Part shown: positions 29,201 to 38,200 of the stretch, one piece after another
Position numbering within the stretch: position 1 is the first letter of the stretch
How the letters are laid out: every line of letters begins with the position of its first letter
IMG/VR virus record: IMGVR_UViG_3300030372_003986
Coordinates: 1 to 60,553 of that record
Length of the DNA stretch: 60,553 nucleotides
Reading direction: 5' to 3' (one strand)
DNA from: a virus
Taxonomy: Duplodnaviria > Caudoviricetes
Position numbers and translations under genes: made by a program
Notes under the pieces: model-generated
Told to the model about the DNA's origin: nothing
The model's database searches: none
Seen by the model: only the letters and a program-made list of their open reading frames with translations

Positions 29201-30061
29201 TTCTGTGGAACTAAAAAATGGGTCAAGGTCTATTTCTATGTTTTCACCATTAGTTTTTTCGGTAACTATCATAGCATCTCCAATGCCTGATTTTCTAAAT
29301 GTAAAACCATAATCAGCGTAAAGATTATTAAAATATTCTACCGCCTCATCTTCTTCAAGAGCAATTGATTCAGGTGTAGTTCCTTCTAAAGCAGTTTTAA
29401 ATTCTTCGGTGCCAATTACTTCTTGTGTTTCAGTATCTATTTTACCTTTTTCTTCTTTCTTTCTTTTTTCTTCTTCTTGTTGAAGTTGTAATAAATAAGG
29501 TTGTTCTGCTTCTTTTAATTCTTGGGTATAAGCAACATCAGCTTTGAATTGTGCTGCGGCTTGTTGATACTTTGTATCTCCTCTCATTGCACGTGACCTT
29601 TCTGATTGTGCTATCCATCCACCATCAGAACTCATAGGAATTGCCTCTTGTAGTTGTTGTCTTAAAGCGGTTGTAGGATTTACATAATCATCGGTACGAG
29701 TATCTCTTCCTCTTACTGTAAAACCATTTATAGTAGTATCTTGTGCAGTAACAAGCGGTTCAAGAAATTGTGGGTCTTTATTCTGACTTGATGCAGCCAA
29801 AGAAGTATTTGCCGAAGGTGAATCCCCATCTTTTTGTGGCTCGTCTTTTTTTTTTACTGTACCCACCGAAAGCATAAAATCGCTTATATTAACATCCGTT
29901 TTAAAAGAAGGGTCCAAAGAACCTAAGTGACTATAAATTTGAGCCGCATACTGTTGTCCTCCCATTCCCGAAACAAAGTCATTAAAAGGAACGTCTGCAG
30001 CGAAAGAATTATCTGTAGAAACTAAGTAATCATACAGTTGTTTTAAATACTCTTCGTTCAT
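20255..30061 (-). CDS. Giant (3268 aa) virion/ejection polyvalent protein with zincin HExxH motif
   Basis: Last gene of the structural operon; AIHEMGHVW followed by a downstream E; Gly/Ala hydrophobic segment; palindrome at 26179. Confidence 0.7.
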   Translation of the reverse strand: MNEEYLKQLYDYLVSTDNSFAADVPFNDFVSGMGGQQYAAQIYSHLGSLDPSFKTDVNISDFMLSVGTVKKKDEPQKDGDSPSANTSLAASSQNKDPQFLEPLVTAQDTTINGFTVRGRDTRTDDYVNPTTALRQQLQEAIPMSSDGGWIAQSERSRAMRGDTKYQQAAAQFKADVAYTQELKEAEQPYLLQLQQEEEKRKKEEKGKIDTETQEVIGTEEFKTALEGTTPESIALEEDEAVEYFNNLYADYGFTFRKSGIGDAMIVTEKTNGENIEIDLDPFFSSTEKNEAIKLQNFITKYARKPEDVRESIEDNFIQASLRAQNLREKSRKNEDGSESTVLFESAVIDGKNVVYPTLFPKYEGSYTSDPEFWMEKSGMDAYATAKDRGEVFVFETEDEANAFAAGNWKDVNTSDAEADRYFKEKGYDYVTLKEQFDTYQSIQDKIDFIDKAPFKYNDLEPEQKVLYKDLYDPATGQIRNDINKVQQALYDQADEWSGIYTDDDLQELREDFDVYMDKKYQALGTKAIMVNNASKYVDNELKTKSLSLFGVDIDELVNTEVPENMQPQKDALLTTYKASKDVAQLAANQYEIANTFLDTKFDKNLRGEFVENWAGVSDEWIRGWNRGQVGNEILKLSLGLEDLDDDASVADIAEAVVRYMDKAETGKVSRALYRWHQARGFVEAWDAYSDNPLELMTSLAANSMSQMLPYGWKIISSTTAAGAGTGALTGLAGGPFAEVTVPAGAIIGTGWGLRTGFSATSLALEYTNEVMDAARYYGYDINDPNSIKDAFMDENVWARGRERGFARGIPIAIIDLISAGIAGRVFQVGKTSALGTRVAAFATERLVIDPLFEGAGELAAQINVGDELQYKEIFAEMMGSVGANGPMASFNMALDLKMQNNLKVANDLTTINGLLNETKGVFKPSLGRVSAWANNMERLGQITPAANQRIQENIGLMRDADNVLSANPDVKKSQKVMSRTMELMAAKEELSSTPNRKNVFKNKLKEINQELQEIAETGNVRPEAQEEGNTFEKGFQTFLGGISLNRQTSDTDIRETAKASYTIDGISYARNKFLRRINDMSDDELYKRKIVVDNDESITEVLSKKVENAISKRKTREVDADKQTGDIQTVEETVREVSEEQTTEPTTTQEGITLSGPLTTDENNNIVTETGEETGFTLIDNNDGTFDVTQENETIVSKVVGKEGALKRAADELTKTTKVEEETIEDVVIPQPIVRPTKADKTAFDNETIEQTRLDGILAGIADKQIANKKLTPFQQKVAEKNQSRIDEIVSSKTLQDEVADLEATLSAPQEVVTEEVATEEVNIDAMLTEVDAELSGKLEELNNEIAGVKADLKNSLKKKGLTKAEKADLREDAKAEINSLKEDIAEAKREAKAEKAQIKKDAKEGKVDFKTDNKFEADVDEVAEVTAAINNLESGNVLTTMDETQEDVTIDVDEINTRTDRPIPKLKSLAVIKGVPVVFSISDQLTTGQVVNPQTGNIIDNLRGGIGFTGTIDNENAAWANTTEKEANDLKEKAVKIYQDNKEFFEQWWKDNPQYNGLVPMPIVKMGEGSILSNEATFRVFRDNLSKIPEENRRKAVQVLEEDLRERIKTRQDAIDSGQKTKTTEKNYAKEIAGLKSALQAIEDAQPELIDDVVTEEFLSKLSLPARRNFLERLTFGQPNRAGTQIKINAGRKRIPKILIEGMSKDAISLVHLAPITDLITEPGLKNVKQRSIISIQGIDVLNPEVIEAVHPNYPYGVKGKSIGILENPISLVRAYPEAYKKAMAGLVADESKGRTVTAAKRQRATEEQKETMPQIGELDASSVGSILTETLGVQNGLPANEFIAAISFGDMDNVSKLTSFMNIAFPSVNISTDQQTFNTVIEQDNVVKYRKGNEVIYGVTVDGDIYINPDVHNSTSALHNTAIHEMGHVWTDYLQTTRKGRNIYAKGVALVEQTEEYQKQLKKFKGDKKKAANETMAILIGNKGQTIADASIKSKFKEWLLGMWKFIKSQFKQTKDLTEEEIQNLTLDEFIGSALADIFAGKEVKLSDKQLKNLKNPEAAFSSDLSMTEIIEIGRKNGFSDSSIKQVLKGRGFKVADINEAMTVRVDLFTELPPAFARVEGGIQEAYQMFNDIKVALNKWATDGLGNVIGLKRVKTFGEIRQKAQELIKNHPTYKKQQDQIQRELRIDLDKTLGYRGGTRAFSQEMSDIRRAIRENRIGVKNQKDYITRLKNFIRASLPESKAYTKAQIQRLINSVNRIDVRKDNLEAETERVIKIVEQQRAKEKRSTIEQIAKLAKAKAKPRLQSKKTRAKGIDALGQVIFKNVTKVLNAATIVNPEVRARKLEEIKTYLEAGTVELNGEKVLVSSIVDAAIQKSINGETLTALEENLMQLQMAYDTFGDIQNKTLEEVQELLEDIKREKTESIMRFNNERLKRAADNQVIAEQATEQIQKTNTDLFTEDGNLKDKNERNQDLEKLKKDFTAKGIITKVYNVITKNLFGRTEGMITRAKNQITNLGTITNFLDNKVKGLNVFTDQVYRKLARMHELALSNQRLMKRKVDEIAKQSGIENGFEGVEKLLNQRFGFTKLGKVKTKTLNLITSKTGRKYKSEFNANQLLRIYALSKNPVQRAKLLNQGITDKVLADIKSDLGTELITFADKMVGYLSTDYFNEINSVYRQANGVNLGFVENYFPTKTIAPKVDAKLLQEGNFNGIFSADTAPAFKERTDLGSDINLKEGTFSNTLMNHMETMERYKAYAIGVQEMNAFMNIPAVNALLEVSGLKSLTKLIINAEINPQSAAQVDGTQSTIVEYMQRKFTSFALAFKVVQIFKQAISFMNAYEKYNYFKPDSKIPKKLQGPIDFTMFMVDGAGVLFEMGKDLVGMNGAIAKARKMSATFDKRVQEGLEGDVYGLESGSQTFKQAGKGTGLYQRGKRAFKTLAARPTIIGDIMGVMGYYINYKRNIANGMSEAQALEEFNEYNPTQQSRRNMDKIPLQLKGDMFSKGFTMFGSTLFLQINKVMQSFTNISRALAEKKTPKKQDVRAFYLNAAVVNVLFVGVSNIALLTKGDDEDKEVFMRRIKDAMMGLNLLYQIPYLGAAAEKGINYLRDDKKPVDDVVNPFSAIVSKIQKQQRKDPDAWFKTYMVPLMELAMGAQVDPFIGLYNAIQDGVFGNDTSSKEYYNNVYDFLGITPSYRPDAMRNKRGVDLEGVMPIGGIKTKTDLKRYDPELYDRMYGRQDEIRKEQRERRRERLEAMGYVERNGKLYRIK

Positions 30062-30077
30062 ATCTATTTACTTTAGT

Positions 30078-32018
30078 TTATCCGCCATTTGGTCTTGGAA
30101 CCGAAGCTGAACCTTTATTGTTATTATCTTGTTGGTTATTTGCAGGTTTTACAGTACCGTAATCTTTTACATATTGTTTAACATACTCATCCATCAGTTC
30201 ACTATTCTTAATTCCTAATCCAAGAAGTGCATCTATTACTGCATCTAATCCCTCTTGTGCTTTTTCCGCAGTTTCATCTACATCTATATTAAAGTCTTCG
30301 CCATCAATAGTAACAACAACTCCTTGTCCTCCTGCTCTATAATCCCTAACCGTAACATCATCAGCAGTAATTCCGGGAACTCCTTTAACAAAAGCTCGTA
30401 CTTTATCTACTATTAATAACTCTTTGTCACCATCTATTTTAGGTCCTACATCTTTTAATACATCCGCTTTATTAATTTTAGCACCTTCGTTTCTTCTAAA
30501 CGCTTCAGCAAACGGAAGTGTAGTGGTCTGCTCTCCCATTGAAGTAAAGTCATAGTCAGTACCCTGTAACAATTGTTTGGTTAAATCAAGTCCTGAATCT
30601 TTAGCCACCTTATTTATATCTGCAATTTTATTGTTTGTAGGTAATACAAAGTTTCCAATACCCTCTAAGAAATCTATTTGACTTGTACCAAAGTCTATGG
30701 TTTCAGGAGCTTTATCGTTATTATAAGTAATATATATACCATCACCACTATCAGTTAAAGATATTTCTTTTATGTTGTCGTTATATGCTCTTAAAGATTC
30801 TGCCGCTTTCTTCTTTTGTTCTTGATTACCCCACCATAATTGAGCTGCTTTTGTTAATACATCTTTTTGTTTATTCATATCACCCTTAGCATCCCTAAGG
30901 TCCTTCGGCTCATATTGGTTAGTTCCACCTGTTTTAACTTGATTTTTAACATCAATATTAGCACGAATAGCAATACGCAAAGCCTGTTCCGTTAGTTCTT
31001 TTTGTTTTTCAGAAAATTCAGGAATACCATTTGCATCTTTACTACGGTCTAAATAAATCATTTGACCGAAATTTTTTTTCGGGTCATCATACTCCTTTTT
31101 ATCAAATGTGTAAGTCATTCTCTGCTTTTCATACTGAGATGTGTTTGGATTCCAAACATCAATAAATACTTGACGGTCTGTTAAAACTGAAGCTACATTA
31201 TTAGGGTTATACATCATTGACTGCACTTGTAATGTTTCCCACTCTTTGTATCCTGCCGCCCACGTTTCTCCTTCTAAACCAAAGTCGTGTTTTTTAGCAT
31301 CTATCATAGTAAGGATTTGATTTACATTTCCTTTCCCTGCATATTTCATAGTAGATAGTTCTAAGGCACCCAACTGATTTGCAGCATTATCAGCAGCAGC
31401 ATCAACATTAAATTTGTTGTACTTCATCTTTAGCCTTTGATTTAATTCATTTACCCCAACATAATTATTTTGGTTTGGGTCTAAAATTTTAACACCATTT
31501 TCGCCCTCTATCATCTTACCCACACTTACTACTCCATTGGTAGGGTTAATGTATGCTCGAGATTCACGTAAATTAGCAAGTCCTTCGGCTTGTTCCATTT
31601 CCCAAACCTCACGAAAAGATGATTCATCGTTATCGAAGCGTTCCATTTTTGTTTTATATTCCGCTTGATAAGTTTTTTGCAAATCAAAGAGTCTATCTGT
31701 GCCACTTTGAATATTTTGCCTACCTACGGTGTAATCTCTCAAACTCATTTGACCTGTTTTTAGAAGGTGGTCTTGCAGTCTTCGATTTTCTTGTGCAGCA
31801 TTCGCATAATCCAAAGTAAAGGTATTCCCTGCATCATAATCTCCTGTAGGTGCATTAGATAAAGTTTCGCCAAACTCTCGTGTAGCCGCATCAATTTCTT
31901 GTCTTTTACGTTCTCTCAGTTTTCTCTCTTCGAGCAACATATCGGACATATTCTTCCCTATCTCTGCCCAATTTATCTGCGTATCTACCTGTCTTTCAGC
32001 GTACTTATAATAAGTCAT
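30078..32018 (-). CDS. Putative internal virion (ejection) protein
   Basis: Position in the podovirus-like core gene triad. Confidence 0.55.
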   Translation of the reverse strand: MTYYKYAERQVDTQINWAEIGKNMSDMLLEERKLRERKRQEIDAATREFGETLSNAPTGDYDAGNTFTLDYANAAQENRRLQDHLLKTGQMSLRDYTVGRQNIQSGTDRLFDLQKTYQAEYKTKMERFDNDESSFREVWEMEQAEGLANLRESRAYINPTNGVVSVGKMIEGENGVKILDPNQNNYVGVNELNQRLKMKYNKFNVDAAADNAANQLGALELSTMKYAGKGNVNQILTMIDAKKHDFGLEGETWAAGYKEWETLQVQSMMYNPNNVASVLTDRQVFIDVWNPNTSQYEKQRMTYTFDKKEYDDPKKNFGQMIYLDRSKDANGIPEFSEKQKELTEQALRIAIRANIDVKNQVKTGGTNQYEPKDLRDAKGDMNKQKDVLTKAAQLWWGNQEQKKKAAESLRAYNDNIKEISLTDSGDGIYITYNNDKAPETIDFGTSQIDFLEGIGNFVLPTNNKIADINKVAKDSGLDLTKQLLQGTDYDFTSMGEQTTTLPFAEAFRRNEGAKINKADVLKDVGPKIDGDKELLIVDKVRAFVKGVPGITADDVTVRDYRAGGQGVVVTIDGEDFNIDVDETAEKAQEGLDAVIDALLGLGIKNSELMDEYVKQYVKDYGTVKPANNQQDNNNKGSASVPRPNGG

Positions 32019-32028
32019 AATGTATTTT

Positions 32029-33018
32029 TTATAATAAACCTAATTTTTTCATCATCTGAATTTGCTTTATTGTCTCAGCATCAAGACCTGACGTTCCGGT
32101 TCCGCTACCTAAATCACCGTACTGCCAAGCAAAAGGGTCCATTTCAGGAGTTTGGTAAACATTACCCCAAGCCTCACTACCAAATATATTTTGAGCTTGA
32201 GTAGTTTTTGACCAATCTTTAAATTGTCCTCTTGTCATATCTTCAAATGAAAATGAATCAAGTTGTGCATCAGTATATGATTGTTTCTTATTTCCTCTTC
32301 CTATTTCACCACTAAATGTAAAATCACCATATTTTTTGTCCAATGCAGCTTGTACGGCAGCGTCATCCATTCCTGAATCAGCAAAAGCTGCCCTATCAGC
32401 TTCATACCCTGCGGTATATCTATCCATAGCTTCTTGTTGTCCTCCAATATCTTTTCCATATAAACCTACACCTAAACTAATACCTTGTTGGACACTTTGT
32501 TGGACACCCTCCATAGCCTGTTGTTGTGCCGCTTCAGCTCTTGCTTCAGCATCTCTTGCTGCATTTTGTGCTCCTTCTACTTCTTGTAAATCAAGTTGAA
32601 CACCAATATCTCGGATTCGAGAATCTTCTTGTGCAGATAACTGTTCTAATTTTTGTAATTCAGCAGCCATTTGTGTTCTTGTTTGTTGTGCTCCGGCTTG
32701 AGTTGCTAATTGAACTCTACCGACAGTTGCTCCGGCACCTCTTGCTGAACCTTCAACCCCCATTTGTGTAGCGGCTTGAGCTTGTGCTAAAATAGTGTCT
32801 TGTTGCATTTCATAGGCTTCTTTATTAATAGACAATTCATCCATATAATTGACCTCAAGTTTTTTTCTTGCCTCCATCATTGCTTTTGCTGCTGCATCAT
32901 TGGCAGCATTCATCTTATCCCTTTCCGCAGACGCTTGTGAAAATGAAATACCTGTAGTAGTAAGAGAGGTAGCTAATCCTACTGCTCCTACTATTAATGC
33001 TCCTGTTGCTGCTGACAT
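32029..33018 (-). CDS. Putative internal virion (ejection) protein, Ala/Gln-rich
   Basis: Hydrophobic Gly/Ala N-terminus and helical A/Q-rich body. Confidence 0.6.
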   Translation of the reverse strand: MSAATGALIVGAVGLATSLTTTGISFSQASAERDKMNAANDAAAKAMMEARKKLEVNYMDELSINKEAYEMQQDTILAQAQAATQMGVEGSARGAGATVGRVQLATQAGAQQTRTQMAAELQKLEQLSAQEDSRIRDIGVQLDLQEVEGAQNAARDAEARAEAAQQQAMEGVQQSVQQGISLGVGLYGKDIGGQQEAMDRYTAGYEADRAAFADSGMDDAAVQAALDKKYGDFTFSGEIGRGNKKQSYTDAQLDSFSFEDMTRGQFKDWSKTTQAQNIFGSEAWGNVYQTPEMDPFAWQYGDLGSGTGTSGLDAETIKQIQMMKKLGLL

Positions 33019-33019
33019 A

Positions 33020-33430
33020 TTATATTTTTTTTATTAGTTCAGTAGGGTAAGAATCTCCTTGAGTGTATCCAAGTTCTTCATAAACCCTAATTAATCCTTT
33101 ATGTTTTATTAATGCATACACATATTTAAACCCCTTTTCTTTTGCTGAATTTGTTAAACTATCAACTAAAATAGTAAGAGCAATTGCTCTTTCAGGTTTT
33201 TTACGATAATTTTTATTAGAAATTATCCAATCTACCCAAGCAACTGCCGAGTTAGTAGTATACATAAATCCGGCACAAACAGGAATATCATTATCCATTA
33301 CCATCAATCCACCGGACCCATTTTCAGGTAAAAAGTCCTTTCTAGGTGATTTCCAACTCCAATCTTTCCACCACTCTACAAGAATAGTGTCATAATCTTC
33401 GTCTATTAGTGGTCGTATTGTTAAACCCAT
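33020..33430 (-). CDS. GNAT-fold acetyltransferase-like protein
   Basis: IRPL, WIISNKNYRK, AKEKGFKYVY, YEELGY; own TATCTTTG promoter at 33439-33446. Confidence 0.65.
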   Translation of the reverse strand: MGLTIRPLIDEDYDTILVEWWKDWSWKSPRKDFLPENGSGGLMVMDNDIPVCAGFMYTTNSAVAWVDWIISNKNYRKKPERAIALTILVDSLTNSAKEKGFKYVYALIKHKGLIRVYEELGYTQGDSYPTELIKKI

Positions 33431-33452
33431 TTGTCTTACAAAGATACTAATT

Positions 33453-34271
33453 TTACGGGAATGATTTCATCACTTCTGATTCTATTGCAAACAACTCTGT
33501 AGGATTACTTGCTTTTATTACCGGCAACGTGAGTTTTACTTCACAATAATGTCCTAAAATACCGTGAGATTCAGCAATAGGATTTTTAATAAATAAGAAA
33601 TAAGCATCTTGAATAGGTATAGGATTGGTAGCTCCAACTGCGGTACCATCAATAACAATAGAATTTTGTCCATTTACTTTATCTATAGAAATCAAAGTAA
33701 CTGTACCTGCAAAAACAGGGGTATCAAAAGGAGGAACTGCAAAATATAAATCATCTCCTACGCTAATAATGCTTCCTATATCAATACTTAAATCAAAATC
33801 TATAACATACGTAGCAGGTGGTCCTCCTACTGAAACACTTCTTCCAATACCATTTAATGACCTTAACTCCCATTGGCTTTCATCTGTATTAGCTCCTGTT
33901 GGACCATCATTTCTTACAAATGCAAACCACGCTGCTTCTTTTTTCTCAAACCATCTATAATCTATAACTCCTGTATTTTGAAGGTCACTTACTAATGTAG
34001 CATCCCAAGATTCATCACTTTCTAAATTTAAAGTTTTAAAAATTTTATTTTCCAAAGGCATCTCATTAAATACGGTTGTAAGTGTAGATTCATTAACATT
34101 TCCATAAAAAGAATTATACGTAGGATTGGTGTTATGTCGCCATAAGTTACCCCCATTAAAAGTGTAAAAAAATTGATTCATACCTATCATCCAATCGGGG
34201 TAATAAGAATAGAAAGAAGGAAATCCTTTAGAACTTTCTGAGTATGTTAATGTATAGTTACCTTTTGCCAT
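33453..34271 (-). CDS. Tail protein resembling the C-terminal part of a tail stabilisation protein
   Basis: TLTYSE..KGFPSFYSY, KIFKTLNLES, FEKKEAAWFA, GILGHY, ELFAI. Confidence 0.6.
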   Translation of the reverse strand: MAKGNYTLTYSESSKGFPSFYSYYPDWMIGMNQFFYTFNGGNLWRHNTNPTYNSFYGNVNESTLTTVFNEMPLENKIFKTLNLESDESWDATLVSDLQNTGVIDYRWFEKKEAAWFAFVRNDGPTGANTDESQWELRSLNGIGRSVSVGGPPATYVIDFDLSIDIGSIISVGDDLYFAVPPFDTPVFAGTVTLISIDKVNGQNSIVIDGTAVGATNPIPIQDAYFLFIKNPIAESHGILGHYCEVKLTLPVIKASNPTELFAIESEVMKSFP

Positions 34272-34287
34272 TTATTTATTTTTAATA

Positions 34288-34303
34288 GTGTCTTCAAAGA
34301 CAC
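34288..34303. repeat. 16-bp palindrome (intergenic)
   Basis: GTGTCTTCAAAGACAC. Confidence 0.9.
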
Positions 34304-34312
34304 AAGTTATTA

Positions 34313-35233
34313 CTACGGACATACAATTATATTTGTTATTACTCCGTTTGCATCTACTACTATTTGTTTTTTTCCTGATGGTGGATTAATAGTCCAATTT
34401 CCTGCAGGAACTTTTACAAGACCATATTCATCTTGTACAAAAAATTCATTAATAGCAGGTTCTCCGAGTAACCCTCCACGATTAGGAACATTATAATAGT
34501 TGTTAGGAAACTCTTCGGCACAATCTCCCTCTATGATACTTGTTGGACACGAGATTAATAACTCAGGACAATTAATTTCAATTTGCCACGCAGTACCTCC
34601 GCAAGGACCAAAAATTTCAACAGTCATATCTTCGGGAGCATTATTTGGTTTAGGGATATAAAGAGTTGCGTATCCCGGTGCAGGATTAGTTAACTGTACA
34701 TCACCGGCTGCTCCGGTAACTGTTCCTGAACTTCCCACTAAATCAAAAGTAGCACCATTAAAAACATATTCATCTTCTCCGGCATAACCGCCTCCTGCTA
34801 ATGTAGCACCAATTCCACAATCTGAAGTTGTTAACCCTACAAAAGTATAGTTAGTAGGAACCCCTGACGCAAGGTAACCGGTTGATGGAGCAGTAAGTTC
34901 ATTAAAAGTGCTTCCGTCATATTGAACTCTTATTCCATCAGGCACATTTGCCGGGTCAAAATAAATTATAGTACAACCTATGTCATTTCCTGCATTAAAA
35001 GTTAAATCATAAATTCCACCCCCACCGGAAGCAGTAACTCCTGTTCCACAAGGGAAAGTACAAGAAGGACAAGTTTGGACAATACCTAACACTCCACCTA
35101 TTTGTTGTCTTACCGTAGTACCATCTGAGTACCATCCATCGGCAGCCGGAATAGTCATTGCAGCGTCAGTATATACTGACGTAGCTCCGGCTAAAGTTGG
35201 TGCGTCTATAAAGTAATTTCCTAATGCTGCCAT
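34313..35233 (-). CDS. Gly/Thr/Cys-rich tail-associated protein
   Basis: ADGWYSDG...CPSC; beta-rich composition. Confidence 0.6.
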   Translation of the reverse strand: MAALGNYFIDAPTLAGATSVYTDAAMTIPAADGWYSDGTTVRQQIGGVLGIVQTCPSCTFPCGTGVTASGGGGIYDLTFNAGNDIGCTIIYFDPANVPDGIRVQYDGSTFNELTAPSTGYLASGVPTNYTFVGLTTSDCGIGATLAGGGYAGEDEYVFNGATFDLVGSSGTVTGAAGDVQLTNPAPGYATLYIPKPNNAPEDMTVEIFGPCGGTAWQIEINCPELLISCPTSIIEGDCAEEFPNNYYNVPNRGGLLGEPAINEFFVQDEYGLVKVPAGNWTINPPSGKKQIVVDANGVITNIIVCP

Positions 35234-35252
35234 ATTTTATTTTTTTTAATTT

Positions 35253-38200
35253 TTATAATGTACATCCGCAATCAAGTTTAATAACATCAAAACCTGCAGG
35301 GAAAGTAGCTTTATCAATTGATTTTAAGCATACCGATACTGAGCTAAAAGGCGGTATATCTCCGGTGTTTTGAGAAACTCCTGCACAGTCTACGTAGTCT
35401 ACATTATCTGAACCCCCTGTAGGATTACTTATCTCATATGTTCCACAAACGTCTGTACAATCTTCTGCGGTGGATACCGAGTTAATTATGTCAGTTACAA
35501 TTTGTGCAGTACGATAAACTGCTCTATATACACAACTTAGGTTGGAATTAAGGACAAATAAATCACCTACAGAAACGGTGAAAGCTCCTGCCTCTACAAC
35601 TTGAGTAATAGGTGAAGCACCACCTATTGCTGCAGAACAATCTTCCATTACCCATCTATCCGGACACTCACATTCTGCCCAAGTTACTTCTAATTCTGTG
35701 TCATCCCATTCAACAATAGATACTGCACAAATTTGAACTATTCCTCCTCCATCTATTGTTAACTCAACAGGAAATTCAGAATCTTCGCAAGGTGTGTAGG
35801 TAATAGTTTGTTTTTCGACAGTTAGATTAGTAATTTGATAAACATTACATACTTGACTACAATTTTCTATTTCAGGTAAAGAACTACCTAACACCTCTGT
35901 TGGAGCATCCTCTGTAGTGCCAATTACTTCAAATACACAATCTTCATATGCCACCCCATCAAGTGTAACAAATTCCCCTAAACCAACATCTAATGTGTTT
36001 TCGGCTATAAAAGTTTCTATTGGTTCAGTTCCGTCTACTTGACATCTTTGTAATAATAAATTTTCTTCTACACATTCACAACACGCTGCATATGCACTTA
36101 CGTCAGAGTAACATAGCTCTGCTTCTGTTGCTCTTCTATAATCATATATTAAATATAAATATTGCTCATTTGTTACAGGCATTGAAAACTGAGCTGAGTA
36201 TTCATTTGGACCTCCCACAATAGGTGCTGCAATATTTGACGCAGCCATTAATGCAGTCATATCAACACTATTGTTAAGATATAAAGTATTGCTTCTTAAA
36301 TATCTTAATTCATCTACAGTTGGGTCAAAAACATAATCGTCTATAGGTAAAATTCTATTACTTATAATAGTTATATCAGCTCCATCATTTGGCACAAAAC
36401 CTGCTCCTTGCGGTCCGGTAATTGCTGAATATTGTGAAATTAACGGTTGCGTAGCTCCGGATACTAATTCAACCTGCTCTGAATGTAATGGAGAAACAAA
36501 AGCACCATCAGTCCATCTAAATTCGTTATGAATAAATTGACCTGCATCATTGTCAAGAGAATAACAAACTTGTATAATAGTTATTTCTTGAGCATTTGGA
36601 CAATTAACAGTAATTTCTAATGTTACTTCACCTGCATCAACTTCTACTTCTATTTCTACTTCATCAACAACAACATTGTTTTTGTTTACTACTAAAGGCG
36701 AACCTGCATTATTATTTACATATCCTGTAGTAGAAGTTACTCCATTATAAGTAGCGTTTATTTGAACATTATCCGTAATAGATATAATATTATAATCTAT
36801 ATCCACATCTCCCACAAGATTGCCTACATCAACACAGAAAGATAATGGGAAAGATTCTTTAACATTAATAGTTCTTGTAATACCACATTCAATACATTGA
36901 GGAATTTCAGGTAACAACTCATTATTAGAGCTTAACACAAACTCATTCATATAAGGGTCATATCCCCCAAGTTTTTGTGTGTTAAAAGATTCGATAAATA
37001 AATCTCTAAACCACGACCTCATTCCTGCTTCGGAAATTACATTTAATGCCTCATTTTGAGCTGAACTCCCTCTTAATTGAATAACTGCTCCTCTTTTTGC
37101 ATCAGTAAAAAATTTATTTGGACCCCACTTAGCATAACTTTCCGGATTTTGACTTATTCCATATTCTTCAATTCTTGCTATTTGAGTACCTAAAACTTCC
37201 GGTACTGAAGAAATAACTCCACCACCTACAGAATCACTCAGCAAGTTTTTACCTTGCAAAACATAAGAAATTTTATCTTCCTGTAATGTAAGAATATCTG
37301 TTTCTCTTCCATCAATTAAATAAATAGGTCCATACCTTTCTTCAAGGGGTTTAAAGTTTAATAGTCCAAGATTAAACTCATTAAGTTTGTTTACATTAGT
37401 TTCATCATTAAATACTCCACTATACGTTAAATCGGAAGACCTACGTATAGCCATATAACTTTCATTATTAGTCGTAAAAACTCTATTCCCTAATCTTAAA
37501 ACTTTACCTTTAAGAGAGTCTTGAATTTGAAAACTTTCTACACCATTTGCAAAAGCATAACAATTAAAAAATTCAGTTTTAATAATTGCAGGTAATACTG
37601 CAGATTGGTCTTGGATATTTCCAAAATGATATCCTGTATTGGCTTGTATAGGATAGGATTTAGAACTTTCATACCATACGTCAGGTAATGCATCTTGCGG
37701 TTTAGTTTCAAAGCACAATAAGGTATTACTTCTGATTATTTCTACTGTTACTTTTAATACCGCTTTCTTTTTCTTACCACTATACCCTTTCATACCAACA
37801 ACACAAAAGAAATCTTGACCGGATTGTGTATCATCTCTAAAAAATTGTACATATAATCCTAATCCACAAGGGAAATCACTTTGTATAGGAGCCGGAAAAC
37901 CTGTTCCTGAAGCAGTAAGTTGAGCTGCCAAATAATTAGCAGTCGGTCCTGACGCACCACAATCCGCTTCAGAAATAACTCCTGCTCCGCTTAAAATACT
38001 TGCTGCATTATCTCCATCCCACCAATCCTTAAAAGAAGGATAATCTTGAGATGCAACTAAAGTAGTGTCTACTAAATATTTTCTACGTTCAACTCCGGAT
38101 GTACTACAACTTTTTCCTTTACGAAGGTTGTCAATTTTAATAGTTATTCGTGAACCTCCGGGAATATCACAAGGAAGATATTGAAAATTACCCGGACCTG

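Noticed and set aside
23775-29312. + strand ORFs antisense to the giant gene (and similar shadows over groEL, tail, portal, terL)
   Set aside because: Ser/Phe/Leu-rich antisense shadows without leaders or motifs.
20255-30061. Virion RNA polymerase as in crAss-like or N4-like phages
   Set aside because: No convincing DxDGD/DFDID catalytic motif seen, and host-type promoters are present; a structure search would be needed to exclude it fully.
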